The notes under the pieces were generated by a model. The model saw only the letters and a program-made list of their open reading frames with translations, made no database searches and was not told the DNA's origin. DNA of 64,000 nt from Anthoceros angustus. Taxonomy: Eukaryota > Plantae > Anthocerotophyta. The position numbers were made by a program, and so were the translations under genes. The stretch covers positions 1,240,001 through 1,304,000 of the forward strand of contig MU008163.1 of NCBI GenBank assembly GCA_010909165.1. Direction: 5' to 3'. Shown one piece after another: positions 22,601-33,979 of the stretch (positions within the stretch are counted from its first letter, which is position 1; each line of letters opens with the position of its first letter).

Positions 22601-24439
22601 TTGGACAACTTTGCAACAACGCCCACACGAGGCGGCGCCCAATGCGGAGGTGGAGAATGAGCCGCATGAGGTGAAGAAGGCCACATCCGAGGCGGGAAAA
22701 GGCCACACTTATAGTGGAGAATGCCACATTTGAGGTGGACAAGGACACATGAGGTGGATGGAGCTACCCGAGGTGAAGGCCACACCGGACAAATGCCACA
22801 CATGAGGTGGAGAATGACATAGCTCAGTTGAGAAGGCCACACTAGAGGTGGACAAGGACACGCTTGAGGTGGACATGGAGGGGCATCGTAGAGAAGGCCA
22901 CACCGACTGCACAATGCCACACATGAGGTGGAGAATGACACACTTGAGGTTGAGAAGGCCCCACTTGAGGTGGATAGGGACACACGAGGTGGAGAATGAG
23001 GACACATCTCATGAGGCGAAGGATGATGGACTGAAGTGGACAAGGACACATGTCGTGGAGCGGTGGGGTGGAGGTGTCGAACTGTCTGAGGCTGGAAATG
23101 TGAGTGGTGGGCAGGTTTGGTGCAAGATGGTAATAGTGAGGCCGCCGAGGGATGGGGACCCGCCCTCGGTGAAAAGCACTCCAATGCAAGGTCAATCGGT
23201 GTAGGCCTCGAGAAGGTTGCAACAATGGAATTGCTGCAGTTGATGACACCTGCGGGATCAGGAAGACCCGTGGGCGTGGAGCGAGGTGCGGTGTGGGGAG
23301 GCGGTCGGGAGGTTCATGGAGGTGATGACGTGGTTGGCGGCTTAGTGGGCGACATCCAACCCCAAGCACTTGATGACTTTTACATGATGCAGTTTTGGAC
23401 AACTTTGCAACAACGCCCACACGAGGCGGCGTGCGGTCGAGAATGAGCCGCATGAGGTGAAGAAGGCCACATCCGAGCGGAAAAGGCCACACTTATAGTG
23501 GAGAATGCCACATTTGAGGTGGACAAGGACACACAGGTGGAGAATGAGCCGCATGAGGTGGAGAATGCCACACATGAGGTGAAGGCCACACAGGCCACAT
23601 GAGGTGGAGAATGACATAGCTCAGTTGAGAAGGCCACACTAGAGGTGGACAAGGACACGCTTGAGGTGGACATGGAGGGGCATCGTAGAGAAGGCCACAC
23701 GACCGGACAAATGCCACACATGAGGTGGAGAATGACACACTTGAGGTTGAGAAGGCCCCACTTGAGGTGGATAGGGACACACGAGGTGGAGAATGAGGAC
23801 ACATCTCATGAGGCGAAGGATGATGGACCAAGTGGACAAGGACACATGTCGTGGAGCGGTGGGGTGGAGGTGTCGCACAGGCAGCGGGAAATGTGAGTGG
23901 GGTGGGCACAGGTTTGGTGCAGCATGATAATAGTGAGGCTGCCGAGGGGATGGGGACCCGCTCTGGGAGTAGAGGCACGGAAGGCTCCAAAGACGACCAA
24001 ACCGAAGCATTCATCAAGACCGAAGACTAGTCACTTGTCCTCGGGAGTGCGAGAGTTGGAGCCTGGAGACAACTATATGGTACGTGCGGAGCCAGGCAAT
24101 GCAGAGAACGTTAAATTCTACCTCCTCAGGTGTGTCGAGGGTGTTCGCAGACTCGAAGCACGGCATGAAGACAAGTTTTGGAAGGGTCGCCCAATTCGCA
24201 AAGGCGCTGAGGTTGTTGAAGGTAATTATTATGTGGAAGTAGGGCCCGGGCTATACCAGCTTCTGAACAAGGAGAAGCTTGGGCAACTCTCTGCGTGCGG
24301 TGCATCGCGTGGCCGCAGCCAAAGTCGATGCCGGAGCGGACATGGATCCCACAACAAGAAGGACAAGCCCAAGTATTGGGTAAGCCCTACAGTGCTGGCC
24401 ACGCTAGAGGAAGCCCTAGAGGCACATGTCAAACGCTGA
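19651..24439 (+). CDS. Second gene of the transposon, frame-disrupted as sequenced: basic N-terminus, coiled coil, RING-H2-like finger, acidic heptad repeats, conserved C-terminal domain
   Basis: ORF pieces at 19651-20331, 21177-21727 (coiled coil, then CPICAR), spliced GT 21728/AG 21804 to WFGCNE..GHMYHEFCL..CP, an EVENDTL/EVDKDTH repeat array, and 24050-24439 LEPGDNYMVRAE..FYLLRC..VEGNYY..KPKYWVSPTVLATLEEAL. Gene boundaries are approximate. Confidence 0.6.
20640..21100. repeat. ~119-bp tandem repeat x4 (probably intronic)
   Basis: GTGCCCAA recurs at 20676, 20796, 20915 and 21033. Confidence 0.88.
22340..23960. repeat. ~820-bp tandem duplication containing a ~21-bp GAGGTGGAGAATG-type minisatellite
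   Basis: CCCGCCCTCGGTGAAAA..GTAGGCCTCGAGAAGGTTGCAACAATGG occurs at ~22340 and ~23160; the copies differ by small indels. Confidence 0.88.
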
Positions 24440-24894
24440 ACTGTAGGTGGCTAGACAACCGGACAATGGAGAGACTAGAAAAGACACCGCTTGACATACT
24501 TGATAGAATGCTGGACAATTTTGAAGTGCTTCATCAGAGAAACAATAGCGCCTCCCGCATGTACACAGGGAGAGCCTTCCTTCCAACACACACCACGCCT
24601 AAACACGCAAGAACAAACATGGGCCAGGAAATAACGAACTTCTCCCAAACACTAGATGGCCCTTTTCTTGGTCCCTTCTTAGAGACTAGCTTGACTTCAC
24701 TGATTGTGTATCCTCATCATCCTCGGTGGGCCACCGACGACGCGTGATCACCGACGCCTCGGCCGTGGCGACCCTTTCCGCATCGCTGCCGGATCCGGGT
24801 TGCCGCATCACCACCAAATGACTACGCAAGTCTTCCGGACACTTGCCCGAGGGTCGCCCGAGCCATGAATGGTCTCCGCCTACCATCTCGCATC

Positions 24895-25080
24895 CGCCAT
24901 CGCACCGACACCGCGCACCGCCATCGCACCGACACCGCGCACCGCCATCGCACAACACCGCTACCGCCATCGCAGCAACACCCGCGCCATCGCACAACAC
25001 CGCTACCGCCATCGCAGCAACACCCGCGCCATCGCGACACCGCGCCATCGCACAACACCGCGCCATCGCGACACCCGCAC
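24895..25080. repeat. GC-rich minisatellite (CGCCATCGCAC(A/C)(A/G)ACAC) between the two convergent genes
   Basis: Repeated CGCCATCGC core, about 10 copies. Confidence 0.85.
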
Positions 25081-25341
25081 TGACGTGGCCATGACTCACT
25101 TGCATCAATCTTTGGCTCTTCCAAGGTCTTCCACGAGATGGGGTTTTAAAAGGCGCTTAAGTTGGGCATTGTCACCCGCAAGGTCGCAAGTCAAGCAAAG
25201 TGCTCCGGATCCCAAGCGGAGTGGAGCGGGTCATCACGTGTGAATATGGCCACATCTTGAGCAACCACCATGGTATTTACAAGTTCGTCAAGGTCATTTC
25301 AATTTCGTTCGGCATATGTACAATTGAGGCCTTAGAGTCGA

Positions 25342-28300
25342 CTACGAAAACACAAATGGGTTGGTTTCCCTCCTCACAAGCTCCTTAAAGGACTCGACCG
25401 TGTCCGAGTCAAGCACATACACTAATCGGCCTCCTTCCACGCGTTCCAAAAGTGGGAACTTGCAGTCTCCACGAGGATGAAAGAAGGGTGACCTCCGACC
25501 TCATGATCCAAAGTGTACACACAACCATCCGGCTCAACCCGAGTAGTATCGCCACAACCACCTTATCCTGGAGGAAATTTTGTCCGCTCAGGGACGTGGT
25601 AATGTGCTCGTGGTCACATGCACCGCAATGCACTTTGCCAAATAAAAGTTGAACCTTCGCCTCGGATCTCGTGACGCACCACAAAGTTGTCTCCAAGCTC
25701 CAAGAGGTGCAATTTCGAGACATCTTCACTAGCAACACCATTAGCGCAGGATCGGTGGCCCATCGGACCAACCGCATGTAGCGACATGGTGTGCGCCGTC
25801 TCGACCACCAACGCCTCCCTCTTGTCCGCCCCGAGTAATCGAATGCCATATGCATATAGGGCACGCCTCACATGCTCCATGGTCACCGCCCCATGCACAA
25901 AGACAAAAACACGCAAGATGCCGCATCTTGAGCCGAGGGTTGGTTGCATCCATGAGTCACCATATATGCTGGCATGCCTTTAGAACCCGGATTGGTGCAC
26001 ACCCCACCGCTGCCTGCGGTTGACTTCATTCTTTCCCACCAACCAAAAAACCCTTTGCACCTGCCTTTCTCCACTTGCATAGGAGGATGCAGCCCCATTG
26101 GATATACTGGACCGCAGGAAGTCGACAACGTCCGCGGCACTCTGCAGCCTTGTCGATGAAGGTGACACTCTTCGGCACGTAGTGCCCTCTTTAATATGGC
26201 ACCGCCTCGTGCTCCCCTTTCCGTGGCTCGACCCAAAATAGCTCCACAAAGATTCTCGCATCCTCCGGTTAGACTTGGGTACCGCCACAAAATAGCTTGG
26301 TCCTTAAAGCTGGCACCATCCGACCACATCCAATGCTCGTGGACTCTTGTATCCATTTGACAAGAGCTATCCCAATGTAGCATAAGGGCATCTTTGGACA
26401 AAGAGAGTGTCATGCATGTCATCACTAATGTAAAAGTGGTAAAACTTGAACATTACAGGGTCCTCCTCCACCACCGGCCCATCCGCATATATGTAACATG
26501 AACTAGAATAGTAACTTGATCACTATGCGATTGCATTGATTGTATCTCATTCGAACTTGAAAAGCATAGTTCGAAAAGTCCATAATGAAACTATCACATC
26601 CTCGAAACCAATCAATGCACTCAAACCTGTGGCTTGCCATCTTTGGACGTAGTCATGTGAAATGAAAGCAGTCAATTTATCCTTAAGAAATTCAATCATC
26701 GCCGACGGATGGGTTTCCCTGTAAACTAGCTTTATTCTGGACTTGGAGGTTCCGTCCTCATTCACTCCCACCTTCTGATATTCGAAGCACCGCCACTTCA
26801 GCTTCATCTCCGGCAAAATGCTTGTGAAACCTCCTTAGGACAGAGGGCCAGCTTGGAAACTCCACAGACGCTGCATTTACCAAGCAAACATTTTCGCCTA
26901 TGCCAGTCCTCATCTGGTGCTCTAGGGCATAAAATAGAGTGCACCATCTCTCGGACGGATGAAAACATCTCCGGCAAAATGCTTGTGAAACCTCCTTAGG
27001 ACGGAGGGCCACTTGGAAACTCCACAGTGCATTTACCAAGCAAACATTTTCGCCTATGCATCCTCATCCGGTGCTCTAGGGCATAAAGCAGTGCACCATC
27101 TCTGGACGGATGAAAACATCTCCGTCGCGTGGCACTTGTCCCCTCCTCGGGTTCCTCTCCACACACCCACGGTACACGTGCACACGAGGTGCACCTTTGA
27201 TGTGGCACGTGAAAGTATTCGTAGCGTCTTTCAAAATGCCATCTCGACATGGTACCGCAACAATGACATTTCTCTCTGTGGATTTGATGAAGAAGGGCTT
27301 CTCGAATGCTCGTTGGCCAATCTTGATATCCGGATTCTCCTTTGAAAGCGCAAAAACTCCGTCGCACATCACTCACGACAATGTATGCTCGTAACATCTC
27401 CTCTAAAAGCTGGGACACCAAGATGTGACCAAACAAAGTAGATAGAGTGGAGCGGTCAAAAAGGACACAGAGCCACATGAAGTGCCCCACTCACAAAGTG
27501 TGAGCCTTGTATATCCTCGAGTGAACTGAGCTACAAGAATGAACATTGCACGCAGAGCAAATGATCAGGAGCCATGGCAAAGGAGCGGGCCAATGATCGA
27601 GCTGTGGCAAATGAGCGAGCAGGGAACGACCAGAGCGAGCGAATGAGAAGGAGCCGAGCAAATGAGCAATAGCTGCAAATGACTGGAGCGAGCAAATGAC
27701 AAGGAGCGAGCAAATGACAAGGAGCGAGCGAGCAAATGAGCGAGTACAAATGACCGGAGCCGAGAAAATGAGCAATAGCAGGCAAATGACCATGGAGCGA
27801 GCAATGATCGTGGAGCCGGCAAATGACCAGAGCAAGAGCAACTAAACAAGAGCTGTGGCAAGCATGGCGCAAGCAAAGAGATGAAGCGGTCAAGCAGCCA
27901 CGTGAGGAAACTCGAACATGCAGAGTGCAGTAAAGAAGCTACTGTGTCATCACATATAGTGATGATCCCGGCTTGAAACAAGTTAAAGGGTTAGTGGCGG
28001 TGTTCAATTGCAAGAATAGACTAGCTTGCACTGGCAAGGAGACGCGCCACCACAGCAGCGCCAAAGGGAAGCAAGAAAGAGAAATTGCGTGAATCGAATC
28101 ACCTGAGAGGTATCTAGGAAATGGATGATGTGCGTGCGGAAGACAAGAGGAGCCACCAGTCGCCGCCTCGCATCCTTGGAGTTGGAGGAAGGCCTTGACG
28201 CCGACTCCCAAAATTGCAAAACAGCTTCCTTAACCCCTTGGGGCAAACAATCGAAACGAGCCTTCCGTCCCCACCCACACCAGCGCGCCTCCTCTGGTGC

Positions 28301-29850
28301 ACTTTGCAAATCGCCGGGTTTGAAGATGGCGTGCCACAACTCTTCTTGACCCCAAGGACTCGGCCCAAGCCCCAATTGCTTGCCTCACGCCGTTAGTTAG
28401 CACAATATTCATAAAGGTTTGTCTTGCCTTCAAGTGATCGACGCTTGTACACTCCAGCTTTTCATGGCCGCCGATGTTTGAGCGAGGGATGTGGCTTCGA
28501 GCCTTCACCCCTACGAACAGGGAAGAATTCCTTGAGGCCACGAAGCTGGAAAAAGCATCTAACACCTTAGCCTTGCTATCGAATTGAAGTGGGCAGTTCT
28601 ACAACCGAAAACGTGGCCAAGTTCTCGAGCAATACGCCCACATTGTGCATCACAGCCCCATCACGACTGGTGAGATCCGCCCCTTTGCCGTGCACGGAAT
28701 CGCCTTGACCGCTCTGTGGATGAAAGAGGACCTGGTGCTGTTTGCCCTCGTAGACTAGTTCCCTCCTCACTCATTGAGGGTTCTTCATCCGGAGAAGCTG
28801 CCTCACACCCACCCTCTGCCGTATGATTATCACCGTGACAATCCTCCTCCATGCGAAGGACTGCTCCTGCCTCTTGCCTAACATCCGCTACGCACAAAGA
28901 TGCTCCATCTTCCACACGCAAAGATGCAACTCGAATTTGCTTTTCCCTCCACCGGCGCTTCCAGGCTGCGTGTTTTGCTCTCCTAAGTGCACCCGAGAGG
29001 GAGGCGCTGCTGGAGCCATTCAATTCCCTTGCCTCGGACGGGCTCCCTTCCGCCTCCTCGTGCACTTTGCAAATCGCCGCGGGTTTGAAGATGGCGTGCC
29101 ACAACTACTCTTGACCCCAAGGACTCGGCCCAAGGCGCTCCATTGCTTGCCTCACGTCGTTAGTTAGCACAATATTCATAAAGGTTTGTCTTGCCTTCAA
29201 GTGATCGACGCTTGTACACTCCAGCTTTTCATGGCCGATGTTTGAGCGAGGGATGTGGCTTCGAGCCTTCACCCCTACGGCAGCGGGGAAGAATTCCTTG
29301 AGGCCACGAAGCTGGAAAAAGCATCTAACACCTTAGCCTTGCTATCGAATTGAAGTGGGCAGTTCTACAACCGAAAACGTGGCCAAGTTCTCGAGCAATA
29401 CGCCCACATTGTGCATCACATGCCCCATCGACTGGGTGAGATCCCTTTGCCGTGCAGAATCGCCTTGACCGCCTGTGGATGAAAGAGGACCGTGTGTTGC
29501 CCTCGTAGACTAGTTCCCTCCTCACTCATTGAGGGTTCTTCATCCGAGAAGCCGCCTCACACCCACCCTCTGCCGTATGATTATCACCGTGACAATCCTC
29601 CTCCATGCGAAGGACTCGCCTCTTGCCTAACATCCGCTACGCACAAAGATGCTCCATCTTCCACACGCAAAGATGCAACTCGAATTTGCTTTTCCCTCCA
29701 CCGGCGCTTCCAGGCTGCGTGTTTTGCTCTCCTAAGTGCACCCGGAGAGGGAGGCGCTGCTGGAGCCATTCAATTCCCTAGCCTGCTCCGGACGGGGCTC
29801 CCCTTCCTGCCTCTCCTCCCTCTCGCAGCTCACAGTACTGGGCACATGGT
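25342..29850 (-). CDS. Sola-like DDD transposase, frame-disrupted as sequenced
   Basis: In order on the minus strand: FWESASRPSSNSKDARRR..HFLDTSQ; NPDIKIGQRAFEKPFFIK.TERNV; DFS(E)NY..NEIQSM..QVTILVH; YHFYISDD.HDTLFVQ; WMWSDGA..FK; WSYFGSSHGKG..AILKRAL; LELGDNFVV..KFPLL..YVLDSDTVESFKELV, with a stop at 25342. The 5' limit is approximate. Confidence 0.75.
26806..27120. repeat. ~160-bp tandem duplication inside the transposase
   Basis: CATCTCCGGCAAAATGCTTGTGAAACCTCCTTAGGAC occurs at ~26806 and ~26966. Confidence 0.85.
27585..27850. repeat. GAGCGAGCAAATGA minisatellite (probably a transposase intron)
   Basis: Many degenerate copies of GAGC(G/A)AGCAAATGA. Confidence 0.85.
28298..29780. repeat. 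~760-bp tandem duplication in the 5' part of the transposase
   Basis: TGCACTTTGCAAATCGCC..GTGCCACAAC..CCCAAGGACTCGGCCCAAG occurs at ~28298 and ~29061, with downstream homology throughout. Confidence 0.9.
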
Positions 29851-30999
29851 TCACACACGGGCACCGAGCGCCTCAAGCGCAAAGCAGGCTGGTGAAAGGT
29901 CTCGCAGGCGTGAAGATGGCAGGTTATGCTCTCATCGGTGACAAGTGCCGCACCAACATGGGTACTTACCATCTTTTGAAAATCCCGCTTAGACAAAACT
30001 TTGAAATACAAACAAGTTCACTTTCGTGTTCCATGTTCACTTGACGGTTTCGTTTGAAATTCGCGGTACAACTTTGAAATTCCGCTTATTCCAAACTTTG
30101 AAATTTGAACAAGTTCCAACTTCATGTGACAAAGACTCACTTTTAGTGTTCTGTGTTCACTTGACGGTTTGCTTGAAATTCAAATGAGCTTGGTTGTGTG
30201 TCTTGTGCTCACTTTTGTATCCAAAGCTCACTTGTCCATCCATGATCAAGTAATTAAATACCAAATGCAAAATCATATCCTTAAGATCCGGCATTTCTGT
30301 GGACTTGTTGCCATGCTCTTAGTTTTGGGAAAAACTTGAATCACTTCGATCATTATTCTAGCGAGAAGAGTTTTTGAAGGTAAATATGTCCACATGTGGA
30401 CATATTTCCACGTTGCGTCCGTCCCCACATAATGTGGTCTACCTAACCGTGCTTGCACCCTGCACCAGTGGGGGAGAAGCAACCGCCTCCTATGTGCGCC
30501 ATGTAACTGGTCGTGGTGCCGGAGCAACACATACGATTTATGGCCTTGTGGCGTCTGACAACGCAGGAGCGGCCCTAAGTTGGGCGCCCACACCACCAGT
30601 TCATGGGGCAAATCGGTGGCCCCGCTGATCGAACCTGTACACGGTCACCTGCCGCGCCACCAAGTTAACGGCACGGCCATTTCCGGACCGACGCGCGCTG
30701 TTGAGGTAACCCCTCCACCAGGTTATGTGCCGGTTGGGGGGGGGAGTTTCCACCTTCACCTAATCTATCAATTCCGGATCTTCTACCGCCGATTTCTACC
30801 TCGACTCGTGGATTGGCTTTGAGAATTCCAGCTTGTGAGACAATCACTATCAAACAGGAAATCAAAGACCAGCCTAACGAGCAAGACCCTTCAAGAATGT
30901 ATATTCCGCTTACAAATTCAGTGGTAGGATATGCTACTCCAGCATATGTATGGTCCTTAGATAGAAGGCTAAATGCTAAACATATAGAAGGCCAAAGGC

Positions 31000-33815
31000 C
31001 ATTGGCCATTTGTATACTTTGCCTTCTTTATGCTTGGCCTTTGGCCTTCTACATGGCTTATAGATAGCTTTGCTAGTGTCCCTAGGTGTCAGATCATAAA
31101 TACGAATATCCCAACAAACAAGTCTTATTAAGAATGGAAGGGAGTTGTCGAAAAACAAATTGATTAAGAGGTTGACATACATGAGGGTGGATTGGAAAAT
31201 AACACTGTGACAAGTTAAGCGAGAGATTGACACACAACAAGGTGGATTGAAAAATAACTTCTGATAGTGTGACAAGTTGAGCGAGAGGTTGACATACAAT
31301 AGGGTGGATTGGAAAATAACTTCTAATGTTGTGACAAGTTGAGCAAGAGGTTTACACACAATAGGGTGGATTGGAAAATAACTTATGACACTATGACAAG
31401 TTGAGCGAGAGGTTGACATACAATAGTGTGGATTGAAAAATGACTTATGACATAGCGAGGTTGACATACTATTAATAGTGTGGATTGAAAAATGACTTAT
31501 GATACAGTGACAAGTTAAATGAGAGATTGACATATAGTAGGGTGGATTGGAAAAGAGATTGATATATAGTAGGGTGGATTGGAAAAAACTTCTGACAACA
31601 CAGTGTGAGACAAGGGATTGCCACCGACATCCAAGGCTTTCAAGTTTATCAAAGAGGTAGAGTTTTGAAGCACTCATAAGTTTAGCATAGGCCCAAGTCA
31701 AATGCATACATACAACATATATGTGTAGGTAGATGAAACGATAACACTCACGGTCGCCGACTCGACTAAACATGCATGCAAGTTTGTCGCTTCATTATGC
31801 TAGATACCATTGAGCGCATTATTTGTCCGCCAAGACATCGCTGCCACTGCACACACACTGGACTAACGACGCGTAATGAAACTGGTCACCGCCGACGGCT
31901 ATGTACAAGAAGTAGAGCCAGGGATAGCATGGCCCTTGATCCTAAACTGCTCACCGGGGCCCTTGCCTTTGTACGTGGCAGGTTCGAATGGTGCAAGGTT
32001 CCAACGCTTTGCGATACCCGCCCATGTGACGAGAGATGCTCTGAAGTCTATGATAGAGCCTTTTATTACAGAGGGCTTCAGCTCGGATCATGCAGTCAAC
32101 ACAACATCAGGGGATGTCGGTACTGGCCTGGCACAATGTGGGACCTCTCATCCGCCTCCGCCAGGCTCTGGGCACATTATGCCCCCTCATCAAGCTTGTG
32201 GGCAGCAATTAGTTAATCCCACTCACCGGAGAATACTGTTTGTGCACGATGAGCAAGACTCACCAGAGATTACGCAATCGGCTGATGAACCAAAAGCGTC
32301 AGGGGGTGGTGAAGGAAATGCATAAACCATCGCATGGCAATAGTGAGCAGATAGATGAGCGTCCTGTTGAGGATTTGGTGGCCTTCATCGAAGGCGGCAA
32401 GAATAGTGAATCTAAGCAACGTAGCAAGCGAAACCGCAACCGCGACCGACGTAGAAAGGAGGTTGTGCAAACTCATGAAGAAGGCCCTGTCCTAGATGAG
32501 CAAACGCCGAATAGCTTGTGTAGGATACTGCCCAAACTGACTGCCGAGGCTATTACTCGAAAGGTGGCATTCATGCTTAACGACGATAATTACGTGAATT
32601 TCTTCGAGGATGGCTTGAACCCTGTGTCCCGGGCTCAACTGGATGAGAAGGTTAAGGATTTTGCCGAATCTTGCGAACAAGAACGACAGGAGCGGGCGTC
32701 GAGCTTGAGGCCAAAACTTAGGCCAATCTGGAAGGACGAGGTTTCTGAAATGTCTTCTGTGGATTTCTGATTCGCTAGCGGCAAGCAAGGTTATCTCAGA
32801 AAGCTGCAGCACATCTGCGTACAGATTTTATTTAGTCCTAGCGTTTGTATCTACAAATTTTGATTTAAACTCCTGAGCAATGTTGGAGCAATTTTGTCGG
32901 GGTGTATTTTTTGGGTTCAGTAGCTTCCGTTGCGTACCTAATGGTAAAGGGGGTTTTGTCGAGTGGGTTTTGTCGAGTGTGGTCTGTTACCTGCAATACT
33001 CCTGCCTCTGGACTCTCCTATGCTGAAGACACCAGGCAACTGGTTTCTTTTTTCCCCTTGTCACATACCTCTGTCCCCGCACAAGAAAGCTTATTTTTCT
33101 GGTTGATAGGGTTGAAGGTTACAAGGGCTTTGCCAATGCCTTTTATGGTTTGGAAAATGGAGTGACAAACTTGCATGCATGTTTAGTCGAGTCGGTGACG
33201 GGTGGGTGTTATCCTTTCATCTACCTAAATTCATGCATTTCACTTGGACCTATGCTAGTGCTTCAAGAGTTTATTGTTGCCTCTTTGACAAACTTGAAAG
33301 CGTTGGATGTCGGTGCCAATCCTTTGTCTGGCACTATGCTGTCAGCAAGTTATTTTTCAATCCATTGTATGTCAATTTCTCACTCAACTTGTCACTCTGT
33401 CATAAGTTATTTTCCAATCCACCCTGCTGTATGCCAACCTCTCACTCAACTTGTCATAGTATCACGCGTTATTTTTCAATCCAACCTCATGTAATAATAT
33501 TAACCTCTTGCTCAATTTGTTTTTTGAACAGCTCCCTTCCATTCGTCATGGACTTGCTTGTTGGGAAATTCGTAGAATTCGTATTTATGATCTCTGGGCT
33601 AACAAATTAAAGATATCAATCAGTGATAAGATATGCTACTCCAACATATGTACGGCCCTTAGATAGAAAGCCAAATGACAAGCATATAGAAAGCCAAAGG
33701 CCGAGCATGTAGAAGGCCAAAGGCCAAGCACATAGAAGGCCAAAGGCCAAGCACATAGAAGGCCAAAGGCCAAGCACATAGAAGGCCAAAGGCCAAGCAT
33801 ACAAATGGCCAATGT
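31000..33815. repeat. Long imperfect inverted repeat (arms ~31000-31796 and ~33156-33815) enclosing ~1.36 kb
   Basis: GTCGCCGACTCGACTAAACATGCATGCAAGTTTGTC at ~31753-31788 is the reverse complement of ~33164-33199. The arms contain a ~62-bp tandem array (about 7 copies left, fewer right) and a 23-bp AGGCCAAGCACATAGAAGGCCAA array. A segment at 30918-30990 is in direct orientation with 33620-33690. Confidence 0.88.
31876..32770 (+). pseudogene. Intronless type II SKP1-like (ASK20/ASK21-like) relic
   Basis: MKLVTADGYVQEVE resembles ASK21 WLETADGSIQQVE. After a frameshift come EVYDRAF..WDLSSASARL and then RLRNRL..KR..IDERPVEDLVAFIEGG..FEDGLNPVSRAQLDEKVKDFA, like the ASK20/21 tail (VDERSVDDLLSFING..IDPA.KE.LDREVEDFA). 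Confidence 0.7.
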
Positions 33816-33979
33816 CATATTGGGTTAAGCGAATAAACTCATTAGGTAACTCATTAGTAAATAAGGTAGAGTATGTAGTGAACTCGAGCGCAATCTTTAG
33901 CGCCTTGTAGACCCGCGTTGCTGGGGGAAGCTAAACCTTCTTGGCTTGTCACATGACCATGTAGATATATGTATGTACG

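Larger units (their letters stand above)
17587..30460. mobile_element. Large TIR DNA transposon, Sola-like (probably Sola2-type), with two convergent genes
   Basis: Left TIR GGGTGTAGGCCCGGTTAGGTATACCACATTTTGTG (17587-17621) matches the reverse complement of 30426-30460 at 30/35 nt. TGCA flanks both ends (17583-17586, 30461-30464). Transposase motifs lie inside. The superfamily assignment is an inference. Confidence 0.8.

Noticed and set aside
27491-27981. Hydrophobic minus-strand ORFs as membrane proteins
   Set aside because: They are by-products of the GAGCAAATGA minisatellite.
30736-30746. Polypurine tract preceding a 3' LTR
   Set aside because: It is not followed by TG or by sequence matching the putative LTR at 16430-16675.
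30976-31773. 265-aa ORF (MFSRVGD..) and its counterpart at 33179-33610
   Set aside because: They are translations of the inverted-repeat arms and their 62-bp tandem array, with no protein motif.
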